Origin: Pecten maximus
Taxonomy: Eukaryota
Length of the DNA: 64,000 nucleotides
Direction: 5' to 3'
Assembly: GCF_902652985.1 (NCBI RefSeq)
Contig: NC_047030.1
Span: 4,216,001 to 4,280,000 of the forward strand
Shown: positions 1 through 13,386 of the stretch, in pieces
Position numbering within the stretch: position 1 is the first letter of the stretch
Layout of the letters: each line of letters begins with the position of its first letter
The notes under the pieces: generated by a model
Seen by the model: only the letters and a program-made list of their open reading frames with translations
Database searches by the model: none
What the model was told of the DNA's origin: nothing
Translations under genes and position numbers: made by a program

Positions 1-454
1 CTTCCCATGAATACTGGCATTTCCGTTTATGAGTTAGATCAAAATCTGTTTTCATTTTCAATAAAAGTTTGATAAAAAGTTTCTTTTAAGAAATGTTAGT
101 TTCCTTTTAAAATCCGTTTAATACCAATTTTTCTAGCATGACTTTTTCTGTCCAGTATTAATTTGAATTTCATATACAGTGAACTCCACATATGAGAAGA
201 ACGTGCTGACAATCAATTTTCTCTCATTAAAGTTTGTTCTCATTATAGACAATCAAACCCAACATATCAGTTAAAACAACTTCAATTGACATCGTGGAAT
301 TTACTACATAGAAGAATAGAAAAAAGTTGATACATAGAAGATCAACATGGACTTGCGCTGTGAAATGAACTTTTCGAGATAAAGCTTAAACTACAATAAA
401 ACAATTATCAGAAAAATGCTATTTGAAATTAGCAAATCATGATATACATAATTC

Positions 455-532
455 ACCGAACAATTAAGTTTGAGAAATTAACCGAACAATTAAGTTTGAG
501 AAATTAACCGAACAATTAAGTTTGAGAAATTA
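455..532. repeat. 26-bp tandem repeat, 3 copies, in an MTOR intron
   Basis: ACCGAACAATTAAGTTTGAGAAATTA at 455, 481, 507. Confidence 0.9.
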
Positions 533-545
533 TATCATTTTTCAC

Positions 546-3500
546 CTGATACTGGTATTGGCATTGTTGGGGAGTTTGGAGCCCCTGGATGCTTTAGAGG
601 ACGTCCAATCAGAATCAAGGATAAACTTTTCAGCAGTCCATCCTGTATTTCCTTTTTGAGTTGAGGGATTTGAGTGGCTAAGTCTTTCAGAGCAGCAGTG
701 AGAGCAGGACTGAAACAAATATAGATCAAATGGTTTTCTTGTTTTGTTAAACTGATCAAAATAACATTGCTGATCAGTGTCCTCTGAGCAGCTTTGGTCA
801 TTTAAAAGTCAAATGATATCTTTTCAATAATGACTTATTTTCATTTTATACCTATTAATCTTTTTGCGCTGGTCAATTAGCGAAGTGGAAAATGTACTTC
901 ACTTTTACCAAGGCAACCTGGGTACAATGGAGTCAACATCTACCCAATCACTTAACTTATAGTAACAGAGGCCTCAATTTTGACCTAAGTGGGTGAATCC
1001 TGAACTTGTACAAGAAATGATGGTTGTAAGTGTGTGAATTAATGTAGTCAGTAGGGAAAGGACATTGTTTGGTTACGTACACACGAGCCTATCTCTACAT
1101 CCTCGTCGAGAGGGGACAACAAAATCTAATTATGAATATAATATCAACCTCATTACCTTTTGAAAATCTTGTCCAGGGAACATACAGTGAAGAACACTTT
1201 TACTTACGTTTTTATTTCTTACGAAAAAATAAAACATCAATCATGAACATCAACAAATTATGCTATTTAGTAAAATTTTGTGAAGGATTGAAAAAGAAAT
1301 ATCACCTCAGTCCTGTAGCTAGCATAGAGTCCAGCATATCTCGTACATCCTTGGTCATCCTTGGCCCAACAGCTCGGGCCAGCATACTGATACATGTAAA
1401 TACTGCCGGATCCACCACAAAACTCTTGTGCTTCCTAGAAATAAAATTGATGATAATTCCCATTAAGAAACAAGGATCTTTCTGTCATAATTTACAGGGC
1501 TTTTTCTTACTGGTTTGGAAAGAGGGCCTTTTTTGTCTCGGTTTTGGCAAGAAAATTGGTGAATTGGGGAAGATTTTTTCAAGAGTAAGCTGCAAATTTT
1601 GGGAATTTGGCTTAAATATGAAATAATTTCAATTGGAAATGGGGCCCATTAACAGCCCCAAAAGCCCCCAGAAAAAGCCCTGATTTATCAAACTTTTCTT
1701 CACTATAATTTTGTTTTAATGGCAGACAACTTACTTAGCAGGTAGATCTTTGGAGGGGAGGGAGTTCTTGAGGACCTCCATGATCTTACTGAGATGTTTA
1801 GACACATCTTCTTCCACGGAGATCGACAAAAGGCCTAAAGCTTGAAAGGCTGCCGTCCTCTCCTTAGAGTTCCTCAAGGTCAACAAGAGGAAGTTGATTG
1901 TTTCTTCAAGATACCTGTAATGTTGAATTGTTATAAACTTGATTAAACATTTCTACTATAATCAATATCTTCTTTTGTACGGAATAGAGATTTAGACTGA
2001 ATAAGACATTTCTGAATATCTTAATTAGAAAATATAGAACCACTTATAATGATTGGAACAACAACAAATTAAACCAAAGTGAATGGGGTTCACATAGATA
2101 CACTCACCACCTATATATAGCTACCTCATGTTAAATAAAATAAATCTGTCCAGAGGTTCATAAAATATCTTGTACACTTTTTATTTTCATCAATGATGGA
2201 ACATGCATGCATATACATACAAAGTGATATATATGCACATGTATATACAATATACATCAGTTCCTCCTTTTGGGGGTATTTGGTTTGTTTTTGTTTAACG
2301 TCCTATTAACAGCCAGGGTCATTTAAAGACGTGCCAGGTTTTGGAGGTGGAGGAAAGCTGGAGTACCCGGAGAAAAACCACTAGTCTACGATCAGTACCA
2401 GGCAACTGCTCCACGTGGGTTTGAAACTCGCAACCCAGAGGTGGAGGGCTAGTGACAAAGTGACAAAGTATCAGGACACCTTAACCACTAGGCCACCGCG
2501 GCCCCTTTGGGGGAATAATGATTGGTACAGGGAGAAGAGCTATAGAGGGAACTCACAGTTTAGAGAAAGTGATGTGATTGAAGGCAGCTAGTCTAGGAAA
2601 CACTATCAGTAAAGTCTGCTGAACGTAAGTGGAGCGACTTCCTTTGTTCCTCAGAATTAATGTGCACACCTGTAGACAGTAATAAAATATACAGGAATTA
2701 CTGGTCAATCTTGCTTAAACAGAATCTACCAAACAGAACCGTAAATCAAATGTAACTTTATTTATGTTATAAGTCTACGAAAATTTCAATGAATCGTTAA
2801 AAAGAAGCATGAAAAAAATTATTTAAAGGAAACACATCCTTATTCATACCAAATCCAACAGTTTTCTAAGTATGACAAATTAGGGTTATATTTTCCTACC
2901 TTATCAAAATGTGCAGTCATTAAGTCTTTACATGAATGACTTTCAAAAAATGGTATTTTCTGTGGAATTTGGCGAGATCCCATGCTAAAGTTGGTCAGGG
3001 GTGACGACTTCTGTTGTAGCTGTTGTATAGCAATGACGTTTCCTTGTGATTTGTGTTTGGAAGTTTCCTAGCAATAGAATTAAACAGTCATCATTATTCA
3101 CACATGTTTATCATATTAACAGACATACATATTAATGTGCTAACCATAGGAAATGATCATTGACAACTGCGGGCATACTACCATATACACAGTCAAAATG
3201 AGGTACACTCCTTAATTATGACAACAAGCCCAAGAATGCTTAATTCAAGATCTGGATGAAATCAATATGTGTCTACGTTTCATGGGTAGGGATGAAGAAA
3301 AAGACTGGGTCCAAGGGGTTGGACGTGGCATTATAATTAATATTAGCAGCATGATTGTGTTTCTCTCTTCATAACTAGCAAGCACACATGGAGAAAGGAC
3401 CGGGATCCCAACATCTTCATGTTATGCCACAGAGATAATTCCCCTTTAGTTGTCCTGTAGACATAACTTGTGATATACGGTCAGCTGTATGAAGAAAGGA

Positions 3501-6500
3501 TTTTACAAACCTCACCTTTACAGTCTTTTCATGTAGATATTGTTGAACGGTGATTTCTTCCATTTCTATTCTCAACCTCTGAAAATAAGAAAGGAGCACT
3601 TTTTAAATAAAAGTGAAAAGATTGGTGACTCAATAGATATATCTTCTACTCAACTCATCAATAAAAATAAATCTGGTTACTGAGAAATCTGTCCAGAGGT
3701 TACCGAGAAATCTGTCCAGAGGTTACTGAGATATCTGTCCAGAGGTTACCGAGATATCTGTCCAGGGGTTACCGAGATATCTGTCCAGAGGTCACTGAGA
3801 TATCTGTCCAGAGGTTACAGAGATATCTGTCCAGAGGTTACTGATATATCTGTCCAGAGGTTACCGAGATATCTGTCCAGGGGTTACCGAGATATCTGTC
3901 CAGATCTCTGTACAGTGTACTGAGAATGACACACCCACATATAGTAGTAAACACATATATAATATAGTAGTAAACACATATATAATATAGTAGTAAACAC
4001 ATATATAATATAGTAGTAAACACATATATAATATAGTAGTAAACACATATATAATATAGTAGTAAACACATATATAATATAGTAGTAAACACATATATAA
4101 TATAGTAGTAAACACATATATAATATAGTAGTAAACACATATATAATATAGTAGTAAACACATATATAATATAGTAGTATACACATATATAATATAGTAC
4201 ACATATATAATATAGTAGTATACACATATATAATATAGTACACATATATAATATAGTAGTAAACACATATATAATATAGTAGTAAACACATATATAATAT
4301 AGTAGTTTTAGTACTGTAAATACCTCTCCCTCTACATTACTACATCGTAGTAACTCATTGATGATAAGAAGGGATCCATGCGCCCAATCATCTCTGGATA
4401 GTTTTTTCTCACGACTCTGTAATTCATCATACTGCTTATCGGCTTCATCGTAACATTGCTGTGGATAATGAAAAAAAAGGAGCTTAACTTTGTTAAAAAT
4501 AAACCTATTCAAAATTTATCTTTGAAACAAGTCTTTTAAAAAAAATAGAGTAAATGAACAGTACAACACGGAGAGGTCAATAGATTTACTCATTCTGATT
4601 TTTTGTACAAACAAAGGTCGACAGTGGATCAATTTTCATTAGCATCAGATAAAAACAGTTAAAGTATTATCACAGCTCATCGATCAAGAGCTGATCATTT
4701 AACAGAGAAAATTTACCTGAGTTTAAATTGCACCTTTATGTGTTTCAATAGCTACCACAGAAAGATTTACCTACCCTGTACCACTGTGACCTCTGTGTGG
4801 CCTTAGATTCTCTCTGCGACGTCACAGCAAGGGCAGCTCTAAGGGCGGCAGCAGCTCCTTCTCGTATGATTGGCTATTGACAACAGGTAAAAATGAACAG
4901 TGTATGGTTTAATTACTTTTTATCATTTTATTGTTGATCAGGTAAAAAAGAATTCAAAATAAGAGAACTTTGTCATTGTAGCTCACTGACCATAACACAA
5001 TAATGTCATATATGCACAGTGACATAAGTGGTTATAATTAATACAAAGTAGATTACATTTATGATTTTTGACCTCCTACCTTTGGATCCCTGATGGCTGT
5101 GAATATCGAGTCAAAGAATTGCTGAACTTGTTGGAAGAAAAATGTGGGTGTACACACAGCCAGTTCTTTAAGGACAAGCACCTGTTCAACACAAATACAT
5201 ACAATATAACTTCCCACCTGTTAGAGTAAATATCACAAATCGGCATTGGCACTTATGTTTAGATCATTTTCAAGATAAATTGTTATACCTCCACAAAAAT
5301 ATCAAAAGAAAGTTATTCCATGATAGAATTCTGCTCCAGTCACCAGTCTTAAGTTGAACTCAAACAAGGCAAATCAAAGTTTTAACACCATTTAAGGACC
5401 ATCAAGATTATGGCCAATGATGCAGCATAAGACTTAATTAACCAACTTACAGCAGCATGTCTCCTATTCTCCTGTCTGTCACCAGTTAGCCATTCCAGTG
5501 CACGCTTCACCTCAAAGTCAACATAATCAGCAGCAGAAGTGCCCGATGACTGAGCTAGAATCCCTACAGCTTTGGCCGCCATTTCCATAGCACTGACATC
5601 ACTTGATGGTAACAAGTTTCTCAAGTAGTTGGCAAAGCGACTAATTCTTGTAGACATATTACCCACATCTACTGCAATCAGACTCACTGGGAAAGAGGAT
5701 ATGTAGAGATTATAATCAGTTAAACTGGAACTTATTTTAAGATGATTGTATATGATGAAATAAGGGAAAATATCAGGTACTTGCTGTTTAAATCACACAA
5801 AACAGCATTGACCTGTTAAAACAACATCTGTACCAATCAACGGTAAAATTTATTCTGCTGTTACAAATATTTACAGCTCATAATTTGATCTAGAAACTAT
5901 CAAACCTAGGCACATCTTTACTAGTCTCATACTGAGTGATCTAAAGAGACATTAGGTAGGATGTAGTATTTTCTTGTGGTGATGATGTGATATATAGAGG
6001 TTACACAACAAGTGGTTGTTGGATATGGAATTTATTTCACACGAGTAAGTTATTTTTTAAAAGTTACAAAAGACACAAGCTTTAGCGAGTGTTTTTTGCA
6101 ACTTTTAAAAAATAACTTATGAGTGTGAAATAAAATCCATATCCAACAATTTCGAGTCGTGTGACCTGTTTCTACCACAATAATATCGGCTTGAATCAAA
6201 GGGAAACGTGGCCAAGTATAATTTCGCGTATGCAAATAAAGTGTACCGGTGACGTCCAGGACCCGGAGATGTGACGTCATTAGATTATTGATGACGTCAA
6301 TAACAATTGCAGCTTGGGTCAAAGTTCACCGTGTTAGCCAATCAAAATGCGTACAGAGTTTATACCACATGTGGTATAAACAGATTGTTAATCAACAGCT
6401 GTAATGATTAACTGATGGTCTGAGAGTTGAATAACACAGGGTATTGTGGTAGAAATATACATATTACAAATATGCAACCAGAAAAAGACATAAATGCCCC

Positions 6501-7247
6501 CGCTGCCACTCAACACCCCAAAACCTCAGAAGCTCCTGAGATTAGCTAGTTACATTGCATCGGGACAGAACGGGATGGTATGCGGCGGGACAGGACGGAC
6601 ATGAGTAACACTATATGACTTTCATTAGATGGCAGGGGGCATAAAAAGGAAATATCTGAAATAAACGTACTTCACCAGCCAAACCACTTTTTTTTAAAAA
6701 TTATCCCATGGTGAACATGCATGCATAATTTGTTTGGTTTTCTAGATATTATCTAGTAGAGTATTGCTATACACCAGCTGAGGTTGAAACAGGGGTTATA
6801 TTTGACTTGTGTAATTCTTACATTTGAGATTGCCAAGATTGAACATATTTACTTGCATGTGTGTATTTGTGAAGATTGCTGAGGCATAATAAGGCAACAC
6901 AGTCCCTATTAGTATATGTGTTAATTACAGGAGCAAATATTGCTAAGAGAGAAATAACCTTGATAATTTAAATCAGTTTAATAAAAGGTAGATTTAATAA
7001 ATTAAATTGTTGCATTATTACCAATAGCTAAGATGCCGCCCTTCCTCTCATTAAGGTCTGAGCTGGAAACCATTTCAAATATATGATGATTAAACTCGTC
7101 CATAAATGAAGTGTGTTCCTCTAACTGCATTTCCCTCAACTCTGTGCTGACAAAATGGTGGAGGTCATTAGCTGCCTTCACTCGCACATCTTCTGATCGG
7201 CTCTTAAGCCCAGCAATGAAATGGTTCATTGCAGCGGTGTTCGCCAT
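546..7247 (-). CDS. MTOR: Serine/threonine kinase mTOR, N-terminal HEAT-repeat region; 5' part only, continues past the left edge
   Basis: Coding exons, all with AG/GT boundaries and continuous frame: 7247-7022, 5686-5451, 5181-5080, 4873-4775, 4458-4324, 3578-3516, 3067-2900, 2669-2557, 1914-1735, 1434-1306, 709-546. Peptides [107 protein letters not shown] match TOR N-termini. An acceptor at 7310-7308 implies an upstream non-coding exon. Confidence 0.97.
1495..1682. mobile_element. Small MITE, hAT-like (CAG termini)
   Basis: 13-bp terminal inverted repeats CAGGGCTTTTTCT ... AGAAAAAGCCCTG; no clean 8-bp TSD. Confidence 0.65.
2277..2505 (-). mobile_element. tRNA-derived V-domain SINE, copy 1 (MTOR intron)
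   Basis: Closely similar to 31615-31846; pol III A/B-box-like head, V-core GGTTTTTCTCCGGGTACTCC, AAAC-rich tail; flanking direct repeat TTTGGGGG at 2269-2276 and 2506-2513. Confidence 0.8.
3676..3905. repeat. 23-bp minisatellite, ~10 copies
   Basis: GGTTAC(C/T)GAGA(T/A)ATCTGTCCAGA units in an MTOR intron. Confidence 0.92.
3938..4305. repeat. 23-bp AT-rich minisatellite, ~16 copies
   Basis: ATATAGTAGTAAACACATATATA units; source of the spurious ORFs 3838-4512, 3861-4289 and 3884-4291. Confidence 0.93.
5991..6380. mobile_element. Probable non-autonomous element with a long internal hairpin; class uncertain
   Basis: Imperfect ~45-bp inverted arms GTTGGATATGGAATTTATTTCACACGAGTAAGTTATTTTTTAAAAG (~6018-6063) and CTTTTAAAAAATAACTTATGAGTGTGAAATAAAATCCATATCCAAC (~6102-6148); terminal palindrome TTTATACCACATGTGGTATAAA. 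Confidence 0.5.
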
Positions 7248-8149
7248 GATGGTGTTGTTCTGATTACGAACAGATCATCCAAAATGTTGTCAGCTCATCT
7301 TCTATGTCTGAAATAATTTAAATGCTTTCATAATATAATATTACTGGTATAAAATCATAAATTGTACAATCATAATAAAAAGTTAGCATGATCCAACTAT
7401 TCATTCAATACATCTTATTAGGTATAATCACCAGATGAATTCATTATATTACTTGTCAATATTTTGAAAACATTACATCCATTTATGTTGTGTTTTGCCT
7501 TTTTTTAAAATCTGATTTGAGGTAATGTTTCGTAGTAATTTGTTTAAGCTTTGATTATAAATATTACATATATAAACTGTATGTTCACATTTATGTATTG
7601 GGATTTCCTAAGCTCTGAGCAATACAAGCTTGTTTACCTCAAAGCTAAACTGGCCCACAGCCAACGACATATGGACAGGTCTGTGGTAAACCAGTGAATA
7701 GCTAATACCCTACATCAACTGCTTGCTATATTTGTCAGTGCTCAACGATAGTTTTACAAGTTGATTTCAATTGATATGACCCGAAAAATATCCTATGCTA
7801 CATACTTACGGAGGCCATTTGACTGCTATGAAATGCTTTTCTCAGTTATGTATGATATTAATTAGAACACCAGTACTCTCTAATATTATTTCATAAATGA
7901 TATGTGACGTGTACATATTATTAAATAAGTTTCAAAGAGATCAGATAAAAAAATGCTGGGAGGAAATCAAATACTGAAATGAACAAAGGACAATTTTTCG
8001 CAAAAATAGTTGAATCAAAGGAAACACAACAACATAGTAATTACATGAATGATTATTTAGCCTACCAAGTTTGAATTGAGTCAGTCAAAAAATGTAGGAG
8101 TAGAGCTCGAGCCTCCCGACAAAATATCAGTTCGGTTACGCTACACATG

Positions 8150-8240
8150 TAGCAGAACTGAACTGGGCTGAACGGCAGTGGCCAGGCAGCTCAAATGGTT
8201 AAAGCATCCATCTTAAATTCGCAGGTTCGAGTCCCAATAT
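8150..8240 (+). mobile_element. Degraded tRNA-like repeat; related copy on the minus strand at ~19950-20045
   Basis: GAACTGAACTGGGCT..GGCAGCTCAAATGGTTAAAGCATCC..GGTTCGAGTCCC; reverse complement of 19950-20045 gives GAACTGAACTAGGCT..GGTAGTTCAAGTGGTCAGAGCGTCC. Confidence 0.5.
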
Positions 8241-9099
8241 GTGTGTGTTGCATTGTTTTAGCAATAACAGGCTATCTTTTTTAATTATAGGAAACATTTC
8301 ATGTTATACATTGTTGGAAAGGTCTTTATAAATAGAGTTAAATGGTGAAAAAAGACTCTACCTTCAAAATTGACAGAGTTATGGCACTTTGAAATGTAGG
8401 AAAAACAACTGGATTCTGCCATCAAAGGATACTTTCCTATTTCTTCAAAAAATAAGGCAACTATATTCAGGAAGATGTGTTTATTGTTATAGTTCAAGTC
8501 AATATAATAGTAAAAAGTTCAGTTGTCTCTTAATTTGAAAACACTCACTTTATACAGTAGGGTAAATAAAATGTTCATGAAGTACAAAGTTTCGCCGACA
8601 AAATTTTTCATGATCGAATGACACCGTTGAAATTTGTCAAATTTGCATACACTGGCAGTCTGGTGTTCCCAAATTAAGAAATTTCACGTTTTTCTGTATG
8701 AAAATGGAAATATATTTGATTATTGAACTGATTTCTTTGTGGAAAAAAATGAGTTAAGTGCAATCTGAATCTGCATTTAAATTAAAGAACATACTGTTAT
8801 ATTATAACCATCCATAAAAACTAGTGATCACCACTCAAATTGACCATTTTTTCGTGTAACAACGCTAGATTAATAGGCCTACCGTACGTTTTTATATTCC
8901 ATAAGTAGTACTAGATTAGAGTTATCCCCCCTTCGAAAATCATGGCGAATTACATTTCAGTGTGGAATACTCATCTTCTTTGACCCTGCGCACGGTTACG
9001 CTTCATTCTAAAGTTATGTTTTCTAAAAGAAAAGTGCCCTAGGTTTCATAATATCACTGTCAAGGGGCCGGGGTGTCACAAAGGGTAAATAAGGAAATA

Positions 9100-10310
9100 T
9101 TAACGATTTTATCGGTACCTCGTCTCTCCGATCCAGTTTCAGTAGCCAAACTATTTTCTATTCTGGTTTACCACATGGTTAGATATTGCTTTGCATTCCT
9201 ATTAAGTCAAAACACACAATTGATTCCGATTAACACGTGTCTTTATATATATTTTAGGCCTCTTTTGCTATCACATGACTACCAAAATAGCAGTAATGAC
9301 GCCATTTTTACGCTGTGGGAGGCTATGAATAAAGGCGTTTTTGCTGAAGAAAACATCGATAAACGTAATAATCATATGAAAGACAAGTAGAACATATGCT
9401 TCATTGTGATTACTGTGTAGTGAAAATACAAAGAACGACAATTATAGCTGGTAAACATGGAATTCAATATTGACCTATTTAACACGGGGCAGAATGGGAA
9501 AGTGCTATAACTTGCGTATGCCTGTCATTGCTAATGTTTCTCTCCAGTCACACTTACTATAATTTTGGACACTCCAAAATAAGTTAAAAAGCTTATGGCA
9601 GAAAGGAGGCTGCTCAATCAAAACTTGTTAACAATTCTAGCTCAAAATTAATAAAACGAGGGCAAAACATAAATTGAGATCATAAAAAAATGCACAAGAC
9701 CATGCGTTTCAGAAGAGTATGCGCCTTCTGTTTCGTTGAAGACACCCACCTTTAAATTTTTAATCCTAGTTTTAAATAAGCCGATGTTTTCGTTTTTCGC
9801 AGTCCAAACGGACTACTTGCCAAGAGTTTATTGACAGTACGTGAATACGGGAAATTCAAGTTTGCATACATGCGGAAACCCAAAAACATATTCCATCATA
9901 ACGACAGTACCAAATAGGTCATCACCTTATAAATGGCCCGGAGCATGCAATGATCAGTCGGTCTTGCATAGTAAACAGTCTGCTCTCTCGTGTTTCTGCC
10001 GGAAGTGGTTTATATACCATAATCTCACGAGACTTCAGGATGCAGCATGTTCCTTTATCTTTTCTAATTACATATCAAAAATGGTTTTCATAGACACCGG
10101 CCCTTTTTTAGCAAGTAGACATAATTATTTAAACTGTGTAATGACATCATGATAAAGTATTGTGAGGCAAAATTGTAAATAAAGCTCTACCATAATTTAT
10201 AGTCACGTGACAACTTGCGCGAGATTTTATAACTTAGATAACTTCCTGTTTAGAGCATGTAGCATCACCGGTGTCCTGTACCCGTCCTGTGTGTCAGAAG
10301 ATAGTCGAGA
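9100..10310. promoter_or_regulatory. Putative bidirectional MTOR/UBIAD1 promoter region
   Basis: Lies between divergent genes; more CpG than flanks; YY1-type AAAATGGCG on minus (9300-9308); ETS-type CCGGAAGT (9999-10006) and ACTTCCTG (10241-10248); candidate MTOR first-exon donor AG|GTACCG at 9119/9118 (minus). Confidence 0.5.
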
Positions 10311-11282
10311 ATGGCGTCAGTGCCGAATGGTGTTGAGAAACCAGCTCCGCGGAGCAATCAAGAGACTCATTTTCTTAGCAAAGAAGCTGTATGGAGACAG
10401 TTTCAGCGCTATGTAGTCGCATTGAGGCCGTGGTCGTTTACAGCTTCATTTACGCCTGTAGCTCTTGGCAGCACATTAGCTTACAAAACATCAGAGGAGT
10501 TTAGTTTGTCTGTATTTATCATCACCTGTTTGACAGCCCTGTCTGTCCATGCTGCGGGAAATCTTGTAAACACATATTTCGATTACGTCAGGGGAATTGA
10601 CAAGAAAGTCAATAGTGATGACAGAACTTTGGTAGATATGATTCTCACTCCCGATGATGTAGCAACCTTAGGCGGTGTGTTCTATATATTTGGATGTGTG
10701 GGATTCTTTATACTGACTCTCATCTCCCCAGCAAGGATGGAACATTTAGCATTGATATACTTCGGAGGCTTGTCAAGCAGTTTCTTGTATACTGGAGGAT
10801 TAGGGTTGAAATATATAGCACTTGGTGACATCTTAATCATGTTTACATTTGGGCCACTGACGGTGATATTTTCCTATTTGTCACAGACAGGATACCTTTC
10901 CCTAGTTCCTATGTTATATGCATTTCCACTTGCACTGAACACTGAAGCCATTTTGCACTGTAACAATACACGTGACATGGTATCGGACAAAAAAGCAGGC
11001 ATTGTAACACTTGCCATTTTATTAGGAAAGACAGGATCATATCTTTTATATGTGGTGTTGGTGTTTGCACCATATACAATATTTTGTCTGATGGGAATTC
11101 ATTGTTCAAAGTGGATGTTTCTTCCAGTGTTGACAATATTTATGGCTTTCAGTGAAGACCGAAAGTTCCGTCAAGGGATATACAGTCCAAAGAATACTGC
11201 CAAACTGAACTTGTTCCTGGGCTTATTGTATATATTAGGATGTATTTTATCAGACAGACTTGCATTCAGAACTTTGCTATAA
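10311..11282 (+). CDS. UBIAD1: UbiA prenyltransferase domain-containing protein 1 (MK-4/CoQ prenyltransferase, heix orthologue), 323 aa, intronless CDS
   Basis: ALRPWSFTAS, HAAGNLVNTYFDYVRGIDK..DDRTLVD, SFLYTGGLGLKYIALGD, EAILHCNNTRD..SD..AGIVTLAILLG; multiple TM segments; AATAAA at 11316. Confidence 0.96.
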   Translation: MASVPNGVEKPAPRSNQETHFLSKEAVWRQFQRYVVALRPWSFTASFTPVALGSTLAYKTSEEFSLSVFIITCLTALSVHAAGNLVNTYFDYVRGIDKKVNSDDRTLVDMILTPDDVATLGGVFYIFGCVGFFILTLISPARMEHLALIYFGGLSSSFLYTGGLGLKYIALGDILIMFTFGPLTVIFSYLSQTGYLSLVPMLYAFPLALNTEAILHCNNTRDMVSDKKAGIVTLAILLGKTGSYLLYVVLVFAPYTIFCLMGIHCSKWMFLPVLTIFMAFSEDRKFRQGIYSPKNTAKLNLFLGLLYILGCILSDRLAFRTLL

Positions 11283-13166
11283 CAATGCTATGACTGTAGA
11301 TCTGTTTACTTAAACAATAAAGGATTGACTTGGAAGTTGGAAAAAAATGACCCTTCCTTTTGATTTGTGTGACAATCAGTTGCATGTAGAGTGTATCTCA
11401 TACATTACTACACAGCAAAACTATTTTCAGTCCTGGAATATGTTTGTGACTAGAGATATATTATTATCATATTACATGAATGTTACTCTGAAATTAAATT
11501 CCCAATTACTTCATGATAATGACTTATATATTTTCAATGTGGATTTCTTCAGGATTATAAAATGTTATATTTATAATCTGAAATATAAAAAAAGTCAGTA
11601 CGAAATTAATTATTTATTCATTATTTCAGATTTAATTAAGATATAAACAATCAATAATTAGCCATAATTTTTAAAGGAATTTCCAAACAAAATTATTTTT
11701 GATATGATCTATCAAATCAGAGACAAATAGACTTAACATGGTATTTTTTAGGCTTTAACATAATTTTTTCAATTATTTTGATAAGGATACATTCCAGGGT
11801 CAGCTTTATGAATATCATTAGCATCTGCAATGCATTCTAAATTGAACTTTTATTTTTGTATTACTTTAATACCAGGCATAGAAACACTGCTTGTTTCTGT
11901 TTCTCTACTAACACTTTTTGTGTGCCTTAACTAAACCTTTTTTTTTCAATTTGCAAATAAACACTCTTAAAAGTCACTCTCCAATATAATCTAAGGTTTA
12001 CAACAACAAAAAAACAAAAAAATAATACAGTGTACCTACCTGGTGTCTGAATTTTTTCAAATGAGTTAAATGGTTTGATGGCGGAACGTCCTGACTCGCA
12101 GACTTCCAGCTGGTCTTGGCCAACAAGAGTGATACGTATACAGTGTCATGTAATTTGATTTGTTGTAAAATAATTAAATGTTTATTTCAAACAAAATCAA
12201 AAGCAGGTTGTTCTTACTGTTCATGCCATACATACATCCAGTACCCATGTACTTCATGTTGACAATGTTACATTATGAAATTGCTCATATATACAGACTT
12301 GTATCCCTTCCACATTGTATATTCCATTATGAGGGATATATACAAAAATAATGTATGTGTTATAATCAAATGCTTATTATTTTGTCATCAGAGAATGTCA
12401 GACTTTATGAGAGTACAATGATGGATAGTCTCATTGAAAAATAGGTCTTTTGTATACAGAGTAATGTCCCTTTGTTCATTTTTGATAGAATTTTGACTTG
12501 GGGAGGGGGGTGGAAACATGACAGCTGCTTTGTCAATATCAATCAAAATGTGGTCACATATTGTATAAAAACTTATATTTTGAAACCATTACAAAGAAAT
12601 ATTGTTTAATATGCTTAAAATGCAGTCGAAACTCTAAAATCCTATACATGTATCTTTATATGCCTATACATAAATTATCTTTGAAATATAATTTCAGAAA
12701 TTTCTAAACCAACAGTAAATTATGTTTTTACCAGTGTATTGTGTGCTGCATATTAATATAATTAATGGCTGTGATATTGAAACATAATCACATAAATTAT
12801 TAAATTTTAATACCTCAAATTAAAAAATGAAACTTGTTCCCTGTGATAGGCACATTAAGAAATTGAAACTTTTTTTTTTAATTATAAGGATTGAACCAGG
12901 AAATAAAATCAGTTGGTCTATCAATGACTGAAAACTAAGTTAAATGTATTTACATAACCTGCTTCATCAAATCAAACTATTATCTACAATGTAGTATCGT
13001 TCATTAAAAAACAACTAAATAATGATCGTAATTAAGCCCTTATGTTTCAAACATACTTTTCATATCTTTAACAGGAAACTTTGGTTTTATTATCTATTTG
13101 TCTCAACTGTGAACCTAGTCCTTATGGACTTGATTATAATAATATCAAACTTCTAAGTTCTATCTG

Positions 13167-13386
13167 GGCCCAGTTGTTCAAAAGGTGATTAGGCTAATCA
13201 CATTTTAACACTATTATTCAAATCCTGATAAAATAATTTCTGGTTGAACTAGCTTGACAAAACTTTATGAAATTCTGTAATTCTTAATTCTCTTTCAACT
13301 GGCATAGTTTAAAGATGATATACTCACGGGTTTTGCAACAAATGAGAAATGAAATTTTCACTAATCACCTTTTGAACAACTGGGCC
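13167..13386. mobile_element. PIF/Harbinger-type MITE
   Basis: Perfect 26-bp TIR GGCCCAGTTGTTCAAAAGGTGATTAG; 3-bp CTG target duplication (13164-13166, 13387-13389). Confidence 0.85.

Noticed and set aside
1069-1626. 185-aa plus-strand ORF
   Set aside because: Antisense to MTOR exon 1434-1306 and overlapping a MITE; non-ATG start; no recognisable domain
3838-4323. Tyr/Ile/Cys-rich ORFs in three frames
   Set aside because: Translations of 23-bp minisatellites; only 4458-4324 is real MTOR exon
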